Shown: piece by piece, positions 11,501-53,600 of the stretch | Layout of the letters: each line of letters begins with the position of its first letter | Position numbering within the stretch: the first letter of the stretch is position 1 | Assembly: GCF_030684315.1 (NCBI RefSeq) | Contig: NC_081361.1 | Span: forward strand, 41,399,045 to 41,463,044 | Direction: 5' to 3' | Source of the DNA: Stegostoma tigrinum | Lineage: Eukaryota | Length of the DNA: 64,000 nucleotides | Translations under genes and position numbers: made by a program | Notes under the pieces: model-generated | The model's input: only the letters and a program-made list of their open reading frames with translations | Told to the model about the DNA's origin: nothing | The model's database searches: none

Positions 11501-14500
11501 AACAGAGGGAAACAAAATCCGAAACAATTGAAGATGCTGGAAATCAGAAACAAAAACGGAAATTTCTGTCAAGCTTAGCAAGTCTAGCAGAAACCAAAGT
11601 TAATGCTTTGGGTCCAATGACCTTTAGAACACAAAGACAGATGCGTCTTCATTTTGCCAATAAACTCTCAGTTTAAGAGGTCAAAAGAAAACTGAAAAAA
11701 AATGGTTTCAATTTTTAACAAGCAGTACTCTAATGTAAGCAATATTATAACTGAAATTGAGCAGATTTCTATTACAGCAAGGGACACACCAATACCAAAT
11801 ATAGCACTGCAGTAATTTGAGCCAGAATAGTACTAATTTCAAAGATCAAACTTGGCAACCTGCTGATAAGCACAACTCAACCTCCACACCATACAATACA
11901 CAATATCATAGAGCTATCAGGGAAATCCACAAGTCTAATTTGTATTGGTCACCACATGTTTACTACTATTTTAATCTTGTTGCATGATATGACTGAAAGA
12001 TTTTGTGCCTCAAACTTGGGAATGGAAGTGCACTAATTTGTCTTTTTCTTGTCAACCTCTTGCCTGACAATTTGTACACTTGGGTTCCTTAGGCCTCCCA
12101 CTGAATCGTAAACATTTTGCTCAGCAAAAATTTACCTTTTGTTTCTCTATCCGCAATTACTTGATCTTCTCAATATTTCCAGAATTTTCTTACAATGACA
12201 AAATCCAAAAAGGGTAATATTAATGTCTATTAGTGATGATATTTATTTGTTACTTTGTGCTTTTGCAATGTGATGTTTGCACAGGTCTGCAACCTCACAG
12301 GTTAATAATTCCTGACTAGAATATCAACATCTGTTTGCATTAGTAACTTAAATCAAAATGCTAGGACACATCTATCTCCCTTTGGAAGAGGAAAAGCAGC
12401 AAGTGGAAATTGGAGGCATTCTGAAACTATACCTATTCCTCAATCAATAACATCATCAGAAGTGACAGAAAATCCATCAACCCAGTTTACATCTCCCAAA
12501 TCGTTTAGTGGAATGATCCACACTTCAAAACATCGGACTTAAAAGGCATGAGGAACAGAAGCACTATTCCATTAAGATCATTAGGAAGTTACAAAACATA
12601 ATTTATACTAATATCATAATTTTAAAAGTTTGTCAGATGTCAAATTACAATCTTGAAAGTAAGAACTGTGCAGTTATAATCTTCACCTATTTTAGTTGAC
12701 AGCAATACTTCTTGTGAAGGTATTTTCTTCTTTAATTCATTTAATGCTTCCATTAAGTTTTCCTTTGTTTGATTAGGCAGTTCCAAAATAGACTTACATC
12801 TCTTAATATCTTCAATCACCACAACTCTCTGTTTGGAGAATAAAAACAATAGTCATCACCCAAAAACTATTTCAGCAAAAAATATCAAAATCATGTAATA
12901 CGTCTGTAGTGTTTAAGGTTTAGGAGGAAATCAAACATATTTTGCATTGTAAAGCCATGGACATTAAGAATTAAAATTGCAAAAAATGTAAACACTGACA
13001 AAAATGCAGATCATCCAAAGTTATAGACATGATTTAAGGATAGTATGTATATTTGTTATGATGATCCCAAAAACTTGACATTTTAAAGTGACAAATTCCT
13101 CAAAATATGCAATAATAAGATAACTTTTACTGTAACAAAAGTAGAAGCGACAGAATTCAACCTTAACCACTAGATAAATGGTACATCAGCTAAGCAAGGG
13201 TAAATATCTTTAATTTTAACTACACATTATATTTGGTCAGATGCCAAAACTTTGGTAAGAGTTAAATTTTAAAACGTACATTAAAAGGATGAAACAAATA
13301 GAGACCTTAAAGGAGAGAATGTCAGTGTTTAGAGCTCAGGTAGTTGAAAGCACAATTGTTGGTCGAGTAATTAAAATTGAACACCCACAAGAGACAAGAA
13401 TTAGATATGCAGACATCTTGGTGGGCTGAGAGGCTAGCAGAGATTAGAGAAATGGCAAAGACAGATGTCAAAGAGCGAGTGAGGAATTTTAAAATTGAAG
13501 AAGTATATTTAGCAGGAGCCAAAGTAAGTCAGTTAGCAGAGAGCATGGCCAACAGAGTCTTGGCTGACCTCAGATTTACAGAGGGTAGAACCTGGAGTTT
13601 GTCCAGGGTGGCATCGGGATGGTCAAAATTAAAAGATAATTCAGACATAGGCAAGATTTTCGGCAGCAGATGAGCTTGGCCAGCAGCAGTGTTGGGGGCA
13701 ATTTTCACCATCACGAGGTCTGCTTTGTCCAGAGATGGATACATTGTTCACTGGGATAGTAGGAACTGCAGATGGTGGAGAATATGAGACAACAAGGTGC
13801 AGAGCGGATTGAACACAGCAGGCCACGCAGCAGAGGAATAGGAAAGCTGACGTTTCGGGCCTAGACCCTTCTTCAGAAATGGGGAAGAGATGGGGTATTC
13901 TGAAATAAAGAGGAAGAGATGGGGAGGCGGACAGAAGATGGATAAAGGAGACGATAGGTGGAAAGACGACAGACAGGTCAAGGAGGTGAGGTTGGAGCCA
14001 GGAAAGGTGAGGGTAGGTGGGGAGTTAGGGAGGGGATAGGTCAGTCCAGGGAGGACTCACAAGTTGAAGGGGTGGGATGAATCTAGTAGTTAGGAGATGG
14101 GGGTGGGGCTTGAGGTGGGAGGAGTGGACAGTGGAAGGACAAGTTAGGGAGGCGCATACGAGCTGGGTTGGTTTTGGGATGCAGTCGAGGGAGGGGAGAT
14201 TTTGAAGCTTGTGAAGTCCACATTGATACCGTTGGGCTGCAGGGTTCCAAAGCAAAATATGCGGTGCTGTTCCTGCAACCTTTCGGTGGCATCTCTGTGG
14301 CACTGCAGGAGGCCCAGGATGGACATGTTGTCCAAGGAGTAGGAGGGTGAGTTGAAATAGTTCACAGAAGTGCAGTTGTTTGGTGCGAACCGAATGTTGG
14401 TGTTCTACAAAACGGTCCCCAAGCTCTGCTTGGTATCCCCAATGTAGAGGAGGCTGCAACGGGAACAGCAGATACAGTACACCACATTAGCAGATGTGCA

Positions 14501-16542
14501 GGTGAACATCTGTTTGATGTGGAAGATCTTCTTATGGCCTGGGATGGGGGTGGGGGGGGGGGGGGGGGGGGGAGTGATTTCCTGCGGTTGCAGGGAAATG
14601 TGCCGGGGTGGTGGGGAGCGTGGAGCAGACAAGGCAGTCATAGAGAGAGTGGTCCCTCCGGAAAGTAGATAAGTGTGGGGAGGGAAAAATGTCTTTGGTG
14701 GTGGGGTCCAGTTAGATCTGGAGGTTGGTGGGGTGGTACGTGAGGACATGGGGGACTCTGTTTTGGTTATTGTTGTGGTGAGGAGGTGTGAGGGATGAGT
14801 TATGGGAAATGCGAGCGACGCGGTCGAGGGCGTTTTCGACCACTGTGGAGGGGGAAGTTGCGGTCCTTGAAAAATGAAGATGTCTGGGAGTGGAATGCCT
14901 CATCTCGGGAGCAGATGCGGTGGAGGCAAAGGATTTGGGAATAGGAAACTGCCTTTATGCTGGAAGGTAGGTCAGAGGAGGTGTACTCTAGGTAGCTGTG
15001 GGAGTTGGTAGGCTTGAACTGGATGTCGGTTTCCAGGTCATTGCCAGAGATAGAAATAAAGGGGTCCGGAAAGGGGAGAGAGATATATTGGAGATGGTCC
15101 AGGTGAACTTAAGGTTCATAGAGTCTTTCCATAATTTTTACCATTTTTTCCCCCATTTGCCCTCACCTCATACCATCCAACACTCACATTCTCTTCCTAC
15201 CTCTTCTTTCTTAGAAGTTTCCCCATATCACTTTTTGGTCCTTTTCCTCTCGAAACGTGCCTCCCCAAATTCTCTACCTTTTCCTAATTAAGTTCATCAA
15301 AAGAAATTCTTCATCATGTTATTTTCTGTCTTTTTGAATTCTCCCCCAAATTCATATTTCAAAGCTATTTAATCCTCTCCTTCTGTAAAGTCAATGTAAT
15401 TGGCATAAAAATAGGCTGTCCTACTGTACACACAGAGTCAGGATCTTATCATGGGATGAAAAACTACATTAAATTTGCAAAAGTCAGATTTAGCCTCAGG
15501 CAGGTATCTGGAAGAGGGTTGGGTTCAGCAGCAAGGTGATGGAGCAGAGTAATAGGGAAGCTGACCTTCAAGAACAGCAGAGCTAGTGGCAGGTGATTCT
15601 CTGGCTGTGGTTCGATAGACAAGAACATAACCAAGTGAAGGTAATCCTACCGATCCAGCTGAGTTAAGAAGCATGAGGGGAGGATGGTGCAGCTGATGAT
15701 GTCAAAGTTGGGGAGAATCTGATAAAGATAAGGAAGGAAGTTCGCCCTTTGTCGATCACAAAGGATGTCATTTTGTCATGCATCAAAGGCAGAAACTTGA
15801 ACAGAAGAATTCAAACATGGAATTCCATGAAAAGCAGGTATGGATTTGGGGATGAGAACCATTCAAGCACTTTCAGGAGGGAACAAAGGGAGGGTGGAGC
15901 TGGGTAGTTTGCCAGGGCATTCTGCACACTGTGGAAAACGGATTAACATAAAATAAAACAAAAGAGCTGCAGTTGTTGGAAATCTGAAACAAAAACAGAA
16001 ACTGGCGGAGAAACTCAGAGGTCTGACAAAACCTGTGCAGAGAAAGCAGAGTCAAGTTTCGGGTCCAGTGTGATTTCTTCAGAATTTCAGACTGGAGCCG
16101 AAAAAACGTCAACTCTGTTTCTCTCTCCACAGATGCTGCCAGACCTGCTGAGTTTCTCTGCCAATTTTGTTTTCTTTCGCGTGTGATGGAAAAGACACTG
16201 ATCTGCGACTCTCTAATAAAATCTCTCCCATCTCCAGCCTTTCCTTGATTCTGAAAAACATGCCCGTAACGGGGGAATATTTAACTGAGCACCAACAGCC
16301 TTCTCCTGCCGCGACACAATAAACTGCAGCTGAGGGTCAGCAGGCAACGGGGAGGGCAGCTCGCAAGAAAAACCTGCACTTAAAAATAAAAGCATCCGGC
16401 CTTACAATTTAACCCAAGTAACTCGACGGTGCCAGAGAAGCCAGGACTCTACCTTTAAAGACTCGAGAGTGACCTGGCGATAAACCTTAGCTGGGTGCAG
16501 CGCTAGGCTCAGATCCCGGCCCTTCCTCACAAAGCGATCCAT
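5323..16542 (-). CDS. TCEANC2: TCEANC2, transcription elongation factor A N-terminal and central domain-containing protein 2; complement(join(5323..5511,11130..11323,12687..12828,16453..16542)), 204 aa
   Basis: Exons of 90+142+194+189 = 615 nt, all GT-AG, phases 0/1/0. Translation MDRFVRKG...[30 protein letters not shown]...[13 protein letters not shown]...[46 protein letters not shown]...HKK* matches the vertebrate TCEANC2 sequence as I recall it. Confidence 0.96.
6450..8980 (+). mobile_element. Penelope-like retroelement (RT + GIY-YIG), decayed, 5'-truncated, in TCEANC2 intron 3
   Basis: Frameshifted RT motifs [18 protein letters not shown] and YIDD; endonuclease motif [18 protein letters not shown]; C-rich 3' region ending in the shared terminal repeat (ctaggcccgaaacgtcagctttcc...gcatctgcagttcctact). 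Confidence 0.9.
8985..9755 (+). mobile_element. CR1 LINE 3' fragment abutting the Penelope copy
   Basis: [13 protein letters not shown]...[22 protein letters not shown]; typical CR1 3' UTR; carries a 95-bp foreign insert at 9544-9638. Confidence 0.88.
9544..10517. repeat. Perfect 95-bp inverted repeat (9544-9638 / 10423-10517)
   Basis: Base-by-base comparison gives 95/95 identity between the first arm and the reverse complement of the second. Confidence 0.95.
10322..10588 (-). mobile_element. HE1-type (V-SINE) tRNA-derived SINE, internally deleted
   Basis: Pol III A/B box head (cagtggttagc...gggacccaggtttgattcc), central ctgtgtgaagtttgcatgttctcc...ggtttcctcccacagtc, CR1-like tail. Confidence 0.85.
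10599..10673 (-). pseudogene. tRNA-Ile-derived pseudogene
   Basis: GACCGGTTAAGCTCAGTAGGTTAGAGCACGGTACTTATAACACCAAGGTCACAAGTTTGATCCCCATACAGGCCA aligns end to end with vertebrate tRNA-Ile(AAT). Acceptor, anticodon and T stems carry mismatches; TTTT follows 6 nt downstream. Confidence 0.82.
11130..11323 (-). CDS. TCEANC2: TCEANC2 coding exon 3
   Basis: Acceptor ttctt[18 protein letters not shown]...[10 protein letters not shown]...LKLK, donor AAG|GTAATT; 194 nt. Confidence 0.95.
12687..12828 (-). CDS. TCEANC2: TCEANC2 coding exon 2
   Basis: Acceptor ttctccaaacAG, [10 protein letters not shown]...VLLSTKIG, donor G|GTGAAG; 142 nt. Confidence 0.95.
13745..15115 (-). mobile_element. Penelope-like retroelement, 5'-truncated, in TCEANC2 intron 1
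   Basis: Reverse complement of the same family: [48 protein letters not shown], same terminal repeat. Confidence 0.9.
13849..13876 (-). ncRNA. Minimal type I hammerhead ribozyme core at a Penelope terminus
   Basis: Minus strand reads CTGAAGA-AGGGTCTAGGCCC-GAAAC-GTC: CUGANGA box, short helix II, GAAA box and GUC triplet. Helix III is only the palindromic ACGU, so it is dimer-type. Helix I is weak (2 bp). Confidence 0.6.
15950..16175. repeat. Short inverted-repeat element derived from Penelope-type termini
   Basis: Arms of about 90 bp (15990-16085 versus 16086-16175) are imperfect reverse complements; decayed hammerhead-like CTGAAGA...GACCCGAAAC on minus. Confidence 0.65.
16453..16542 (-). 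CDS. TCEANC2: TCEANC2 coding exon 1
   Basis: ATG at 16542; [30 protein letters not shown]; donor AAG|GTAGAG. Confidence 0.93.
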
Positions 16543-16878
16543 TAGCAACGACCACCTCCTCTCCCCAGCGTCCTCGCCCGGTGCATGCTGGGAGTCGCAT
16601 GCTTAAAAATCCAGGGGAAAAAACTACATATCCCAGCATCCCCTACGCAGACAATTTCCGGCGATGATTTTGAAGTTAAAAAAATTTAGAGAAGGAATTA
16701 TCTATAAATAACACAAAGTCCAAAAGCAAGCCTTGGCTTTGTAGTTCGGCTCTATCTCGGTTAAATGAGGGTCATACAAATTTCAAAAACAAAGAGCGGA
16801 CAATAAGAGTTGAGGTCACTGAGGGTGGTTGGAGGGCGTGTGTGCGTTGTGGGTTGGATCACAACAAACAGACTGAAG

Positions 16879-16885
<7 letters not shown>
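16543..16885. promoter_or_regulatory. Bidirectional CpG-rich promoter shared by TCEANC2 and TMEM59
   Basis: 336 bp between divergent ATGs. ZNF143/SBS-type motifs ACTACATATCCCAGCATCCC (16623-16642, +) and TCCCAGCATGCAC (16581-16593, -), a further ACTACA (16740-16745, -), ETS-like CCGGAAAT (16654-16661, -), and YY1-type AAGATGGCGG over the TMEM59 ATG (16876-16885). CpG is locally enriched. Confidence 0.8.
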
Positions 16886-48130
<31,245 letters not shown>

Positions 48131-48865
48131 ATAATCTGGATGAAATTTGGACTGTCCTTTGTGTTCTAAAATTTTAAGTGGTAGTTTTTGCCAAATGTCT
48201 GGTTGAGGTGAAATTTCAAAATTAAGATAAATATTGTTTATTGTTACATTCCTGGGTGCAAACAATAATTGGAACTTTAGAGTGATATAGAGCTGTTTTA
48301 TTAAAGGGATCTTGACCTATAAATAGCTCTTAGTGTTGCACAACACACCTGTCTGCATGTTTGAAAACTTGTTAGCAGCTGACCCTCTTTGATCTCACTG
48401 GTTGTTCCTTTGTACAGATTAAATGTCATTGCTTGTAACATTTCTTATGATGTTATTTCTACAATCCGAATGGATATTCAACTCGTGTTTTAATCAATTT
48501 ATGATCTAATGTATTGACATCGTTTCCTTTTACTCTACCTGCATCATGGCATATCTTGCTCTCGGTTACATGAAATAGTTCTGTGCACATTATGTAAATA
48601 TTGAGCCACAAATAACCTCAAAACACAATTTTAAGTTTTCATTTCTCAGTAACTCATTGATAATGAAACTCGTGGCTATTTTGCATCTCAGCTGTGTTTT
48701 CTTTTAGTGCATTTCCTTTTTTTCTTCCAAGTTAAATATTTTTGCTTTGATTTTGTGGTAAAACCTTTTATAATCACACTCTCTAGTATTGTTTGTAGTT
48801 TTGATCCAAATGTAATTTCCTCATGGGTTTTGTGGACAAGAGTTTTCTTTTTCAAGGAATTATAA

Positions 48866-48871
48866 AATAAA
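48866..48871 (+). terminator. Candidate TMEM59 polyadenylation signal (AATAAA)
   Basis: AATAAA in an AT-rich 3' UTR about 740 nt after the stop; alternative ATTAAA at 48300-48305 and 50060-50065. Confidence 0.5.
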
Positions 48872-50658
48872 TATTGGTTTGATCACCTCGTCAAGTGTTG
48901 CAGTTCTGCTTATTCTACTTGTAAAAATGTGAAACACTTGGACATATTTTCCAATGAAAATCACGTTTGTTGAGTTTGCAGATCTCTATTTGCATGGATA
49001 CATTATGATCTGTAGGATGTTGAAGAGTAGTGTACTCAGCGGATTGGATGTAATGGATAGGGGTGGAATCATTTGGCTGCAATTAAATAGATCAGGTTGA
49101 ACCAATTCTTCTGGCAAACTTGCTGCCTCATGAATGGATAGAGCTGATGTGCTACCTCCGAATTCTGTGGTGTTATCTGAATAATTACCTATAGAAAATT
49201 ATCTTCAGTAGTATGTATGCTGTCTAGAAAATATTTTTAATAGCATATTAAGGAGCAAGATGCTTATAAAAGTATTTAGAAACAAATTCTCTAACCCTTT
49301 CTAAATTGATTGTTAAATTTGGCAATGACATGCTATTAATTACCAATCACTTATCCTTCAATTAATATTGAAGAATTTGTATCTCTTCATCTCCATGTTC
49401 ATAGTGATCAGGTTATTTTAACCATAATGTCCTTTTAATACGTTACTAGTTCTGAATTCCTTTGTTTAAAATATTCACCTTTTAACTTTAGCAAATACTT
49501 GAATTTACCAGTGTTTTGGCTGCATTGTTGAAGTAACTTGTTTGTACCTTTTCACTGCCTGATTGCCCAAAATTATAACAATAGTACACCCTTCCAATAT
49601 GAATTGGATGCTCTGTCTGTCTATTGTGCATGCATTTCTAAACTCTTTGAAAATAGCCTAAGAAGACACTTCGAATGATTTACTTCATAGGTGAGTATAA
49701 TTAGTAACCCATTTAACCAATACTATATTTTTGCATAACAAGCATGCTATGACAACTTCCGTCACTGATCTAACTTTTTTTGTTTTAAATGTTGAAGTGT
49801 TCTCTTGCATTCTAATCTTATTTTCACAGCATTGAATTGTTTGTTTTTTAACTTTTTTGTTCTTTTTTTAAAAAAAAATGCATGAAAATGTAAGGCATCT
49901 GTCTATCTACAGAGAAATGTTTTTGTATTTTGTACTTATGTCTTCAAGGACATTTAAATAGCTAAGATAACTATTATGTGTGGATTATATGATGGAACTC
50001 CATGTTGGCCAAACATTTTTGGGGACTATTGTAAGAGTTGAAAAGAAAGTCAGTTTGTTATTAAAGTACTTTAGAATTGCAGTTGCTGATAATATAAAAA
50101 GCACACTGAATTTGCTGTTTACCAGAATCTGCTATCCACAATGTGAGAATTTTTGAGACATTTGTTTTAGTGGTGATGGTTAAAGCAATATTTATTTCTT
50201 AACCAAAGGGGATAATGCTCTTGCTCCTCCTCAAAATAGCATTGTGGGTTGTTTTCTTCATTTGAGAAACCAAATAAGTCAAATGAAATGTAGGGGAAAT
50301 CTAGATCCTTTTTATTAAGAAAAATTAACTTCAATATGTTTTTGTTTTCAGAATTTTTTTTTAAGCTCCTATCTTTATTCTTAAATCTTGGTAGTTCTAT
50401 TTCTATTATACTTTGGAGCATTGTTGGCAGATGTTGGAGGCTCATGATTTATGTTCTGGTGCACTGAACAACATTTACAATATTGACTTTGGTGAAGTCT
50501 TGGCACAAACTACGTCCATCCACTTTATTTATCTATGTTTTACTTAGTAACTAAGTAACAGATTTGCATTGAAAGAACCTGACATCACTGGATCATTCCT
50601 GCAAAACAAAATCTTCCCAGAAATAAAGACTCTGGTTGCGCAGCAGAAACTGGCAAGA

Positions 50659-50697
50659 ATGAAACTTAATAAGACGTACCCAGAAAATATCAGTGTG
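50659..50697 (+). CDS. LDLRAD1: LDLRAD1 coding exon 1
   Basis: MKLNKTYPENISV, donor GTG|GTATGA; resembles human MNKVFPQ. Confidence 0.7.
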
Positions 50698-53600
50698 GTA
50701 TGAAAGAGAATTGACACCTTTTTTAATATTACAAAGTTCAATGGAGGATAGTACACGCTTTACTAATGTTACTCTTTTTGGTTTTCCATTCCATCAACAC
50801 ATAGCTAAGTTTTGATGCTGATTCTTCTGGTTCACTTTCCATGATATCAAACAACAGCAAGAAAGGTAAATGTGGGGATTGGGAAGTGTGGGCTGCGCAA
50901 ATTTTTGTTGCACACTGTAACTTGAATGGATGGATTTTGTAGGAGGATGTGCAATGATTTTGTTTTCCCTTCGCCCTCCCACCAGATTGCTGGGATTGCA
51001 GTCAGAGTGACGCATCTTATTGCTGGTGTTCCAAGCAGTGCTACTGGATCTCTGTTGTTGTGATGCTGTTACTGGGAGTTACTGTTGCTGCTCTGGCATG
51101 TGCTATAATCTTTGGCATCCCGAAAAATATTCCAGGTTGGATTCATGAGACTTGGCTCTCCAATTTGTGTCCATATCAGTTGTCTGGGGATTAAGCAATA
51201 TTAAAAATAGTAGACTTTTTAAAAATTTGAGCTGTATCTATAAACTATGTTGTGTTTTAACTATATCCTTGTGGTCTCTTAACTGATAAAGAAGTCCCTG
51301 CTCTCAATACTGGCAATATCCTGTTTGGCATGGTGAGTTTCTGGTGATTTTACACGTGTTTTATTAATATGTTGCCCTTGAATGTTGTTCTTTGTATTTG
51401 AATCCAGCAGGAACGTAAATTAGCCTAAATAGGATAAACTACAACAGTAGGGCACCTCTTTGTAATTTCTATTGAGTGCTGCTCACAGGAATTGTGTGCC
51501 AAAGGCTAATCAAAGGAGATTTGAAAACTAAGGTCAATCAGTTCTTCAATCGGTTGAAGGACTCATTTCCTGGAAATCGTACTTTTCTTTATGATGCTAA
51601 AAAATGCCATTTTCCACCTGCAGATTAATAATTGATTACACTGTTTGTACAAATTCAAAAGATTTTGCTTTCAGGCTATGTTAACTTGCATGAAAACCTG
51701 AATGTAATTTATAATCTCAAATCAGAAGCCCAAGTCTGATTGTGATCCAATTAGGAATCTGTAGCTTTTTATTTTGAAAAGGGAAGGAAGTTGAAATTTT
51801 GGGTACTTTGGTAAATAAACAAAGCTTTTAGATTCTACTAATTTGAACAACTGATATGAATTGTACTACAGTCAAAAAAGTAAAATCTACAGTATGTGCC
51901 TTTTGTATCTGACATCCAGAGTAAACACATTAAACATGAATTAACAGGCAAATTGATGTGAAGGACTCACCATTTTGACATATTAAATGGCAGATTTAAC
52001 CAGAATTTCTCAATGTCATGGACATTCTCCCTCACATGTAGCTTCAAATCTTTCAAAGATTAATCCTTTGATTTTCCTCAAAAGCCACTCAGTCTCAGAC
52101 TGCTCACTTCCTGATGGTTTGGGCTATGTCTCAATGAATTCATGAAGCTGTGCCTCGGCCAATCCCTTGGCACAATTCCCTCCCGCTTCCATGGACAACC
52201 AGGTTTATTAAACCAGGGCTGCCCCAGTTTTCTTCAAACTCCAATTTCTTGGCTGCACTAAGTTGTAATTAGCTCTCTGGGCTGCTTCTGAGCTCTAACC
52301 TTCAGCATAAAAAGTGACCTTCTGAGGCCTTTAAGCCGCCTTGTGGTTTTTGAGTCAATTTTCACTGCCTAGAGCTTCTGTTCTGCTTCCCCTGGGCTGG
52401 GTAGGGGAGATGGAAGAGGCCTCGATTGAAGGGAAGCTTTTAAAAATCTACAAGAAGTAAGAGTGAAGTGCAATAGAGTAATAGTCTAACAGGAAAGAAA
52501 ATGAATACAGCAGAAACTTGAGTCACAGGAAGGTCATGGTAAAGTTCAAGGCTCTTTTTTTAAAATGCTGTGTGCAGGACAAGTGGTGGTTGGAGGATCA
52601 AATGGTGCTATAACGCCATGTAACTTTTCCAGACAGAGTTTGTATAACTGCAAACAATCAGTCAGGATTCCAGTGTGATGACCATGTCACCTGTTTGCAA
52701 TCATCTCAAGTTTGCCACAGGATCGAGGATTGTTTGGAGAGTGCTCATGAATCTGCAATGTGCAGTAGGTATTGTTATGATAGATTTTCCTCTTGCATTT
52801 AATTTCCTTTTTAACTGACTTTAAGCTGATGCCCCACTCTTTCACTAGGTGATGTGCCACACAATCTACCAAGCTATCTTGTGTTTACATGTGGCAATCC
52901 TAATTCATGGATTTATACTGATCAAGTGTGTAATGGATTTAACAACTGTGGAGATTGCTCGGATGAATCGGGACCACGTGAGCATTAATCCTTAGAATCT
53001 AAATTCAAATACAGACTTTTTCATTGCTTTATCCAACCTAGGGTTTTTAAAAGTGCTTTGAGATTGTTGCAAAATTGTGAAAGTGGTTATACAATATTTC
53101 TGGCACATTAAAATCTCCCTTTATCACCAGTTCCACACAGTTGGAAAGGGACAACATCTGCAGATATCATGATCTGCTGTTTGAGGTCACTGCACTTTTG
53201 CTGGGGAAGGTATATGTAGAATATGACAATAAGATCCTTAGTTAGATTGAGTAACTGAACCTACTAGCAGCTACAGAATATATTTGCTTCTGCTCGTCGT
53301 GCCCTTGGGGTGCTGCATCTAGAGCTGCTAGTTGGTTGTCAGTCTGGAATGTGTGGAGAAAGCATAGTTGTCTCAACTACAGTCCAATACAGAAAAGAAG
53401 CCATGTATTTGGGGTGGGATTCGGGAAGACAAGGAGAAGAACTTGTTCCTTTTTTTTAATGGGGTATCTAATCATGCTTGTCCAAGCCATACAATATCCA
53501 ATCAGAAGTATTCAATACTGTATTAGTTCTCAAACATAACATCTTTTTCTACACCCTAAATGTCACATGACTATCTGCATTATATTTTCTATATTAAGTA

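Noticed and set aside
16810-16878. Upstream in-frame extension of TMEM59 from a TTG start in the ORF track
   Set aside because: The ATG at 16879 has a strong Kozak context and yields a normal signal peptide and a 189-nt exon.
51292-51332. Possible extra LDLRAD1 exon ending at a strong ATG|GTGAGT donor
   Set aside because: Available acceptors give 41 or 38 nt, both frameshifting, and the gene is complete without it.
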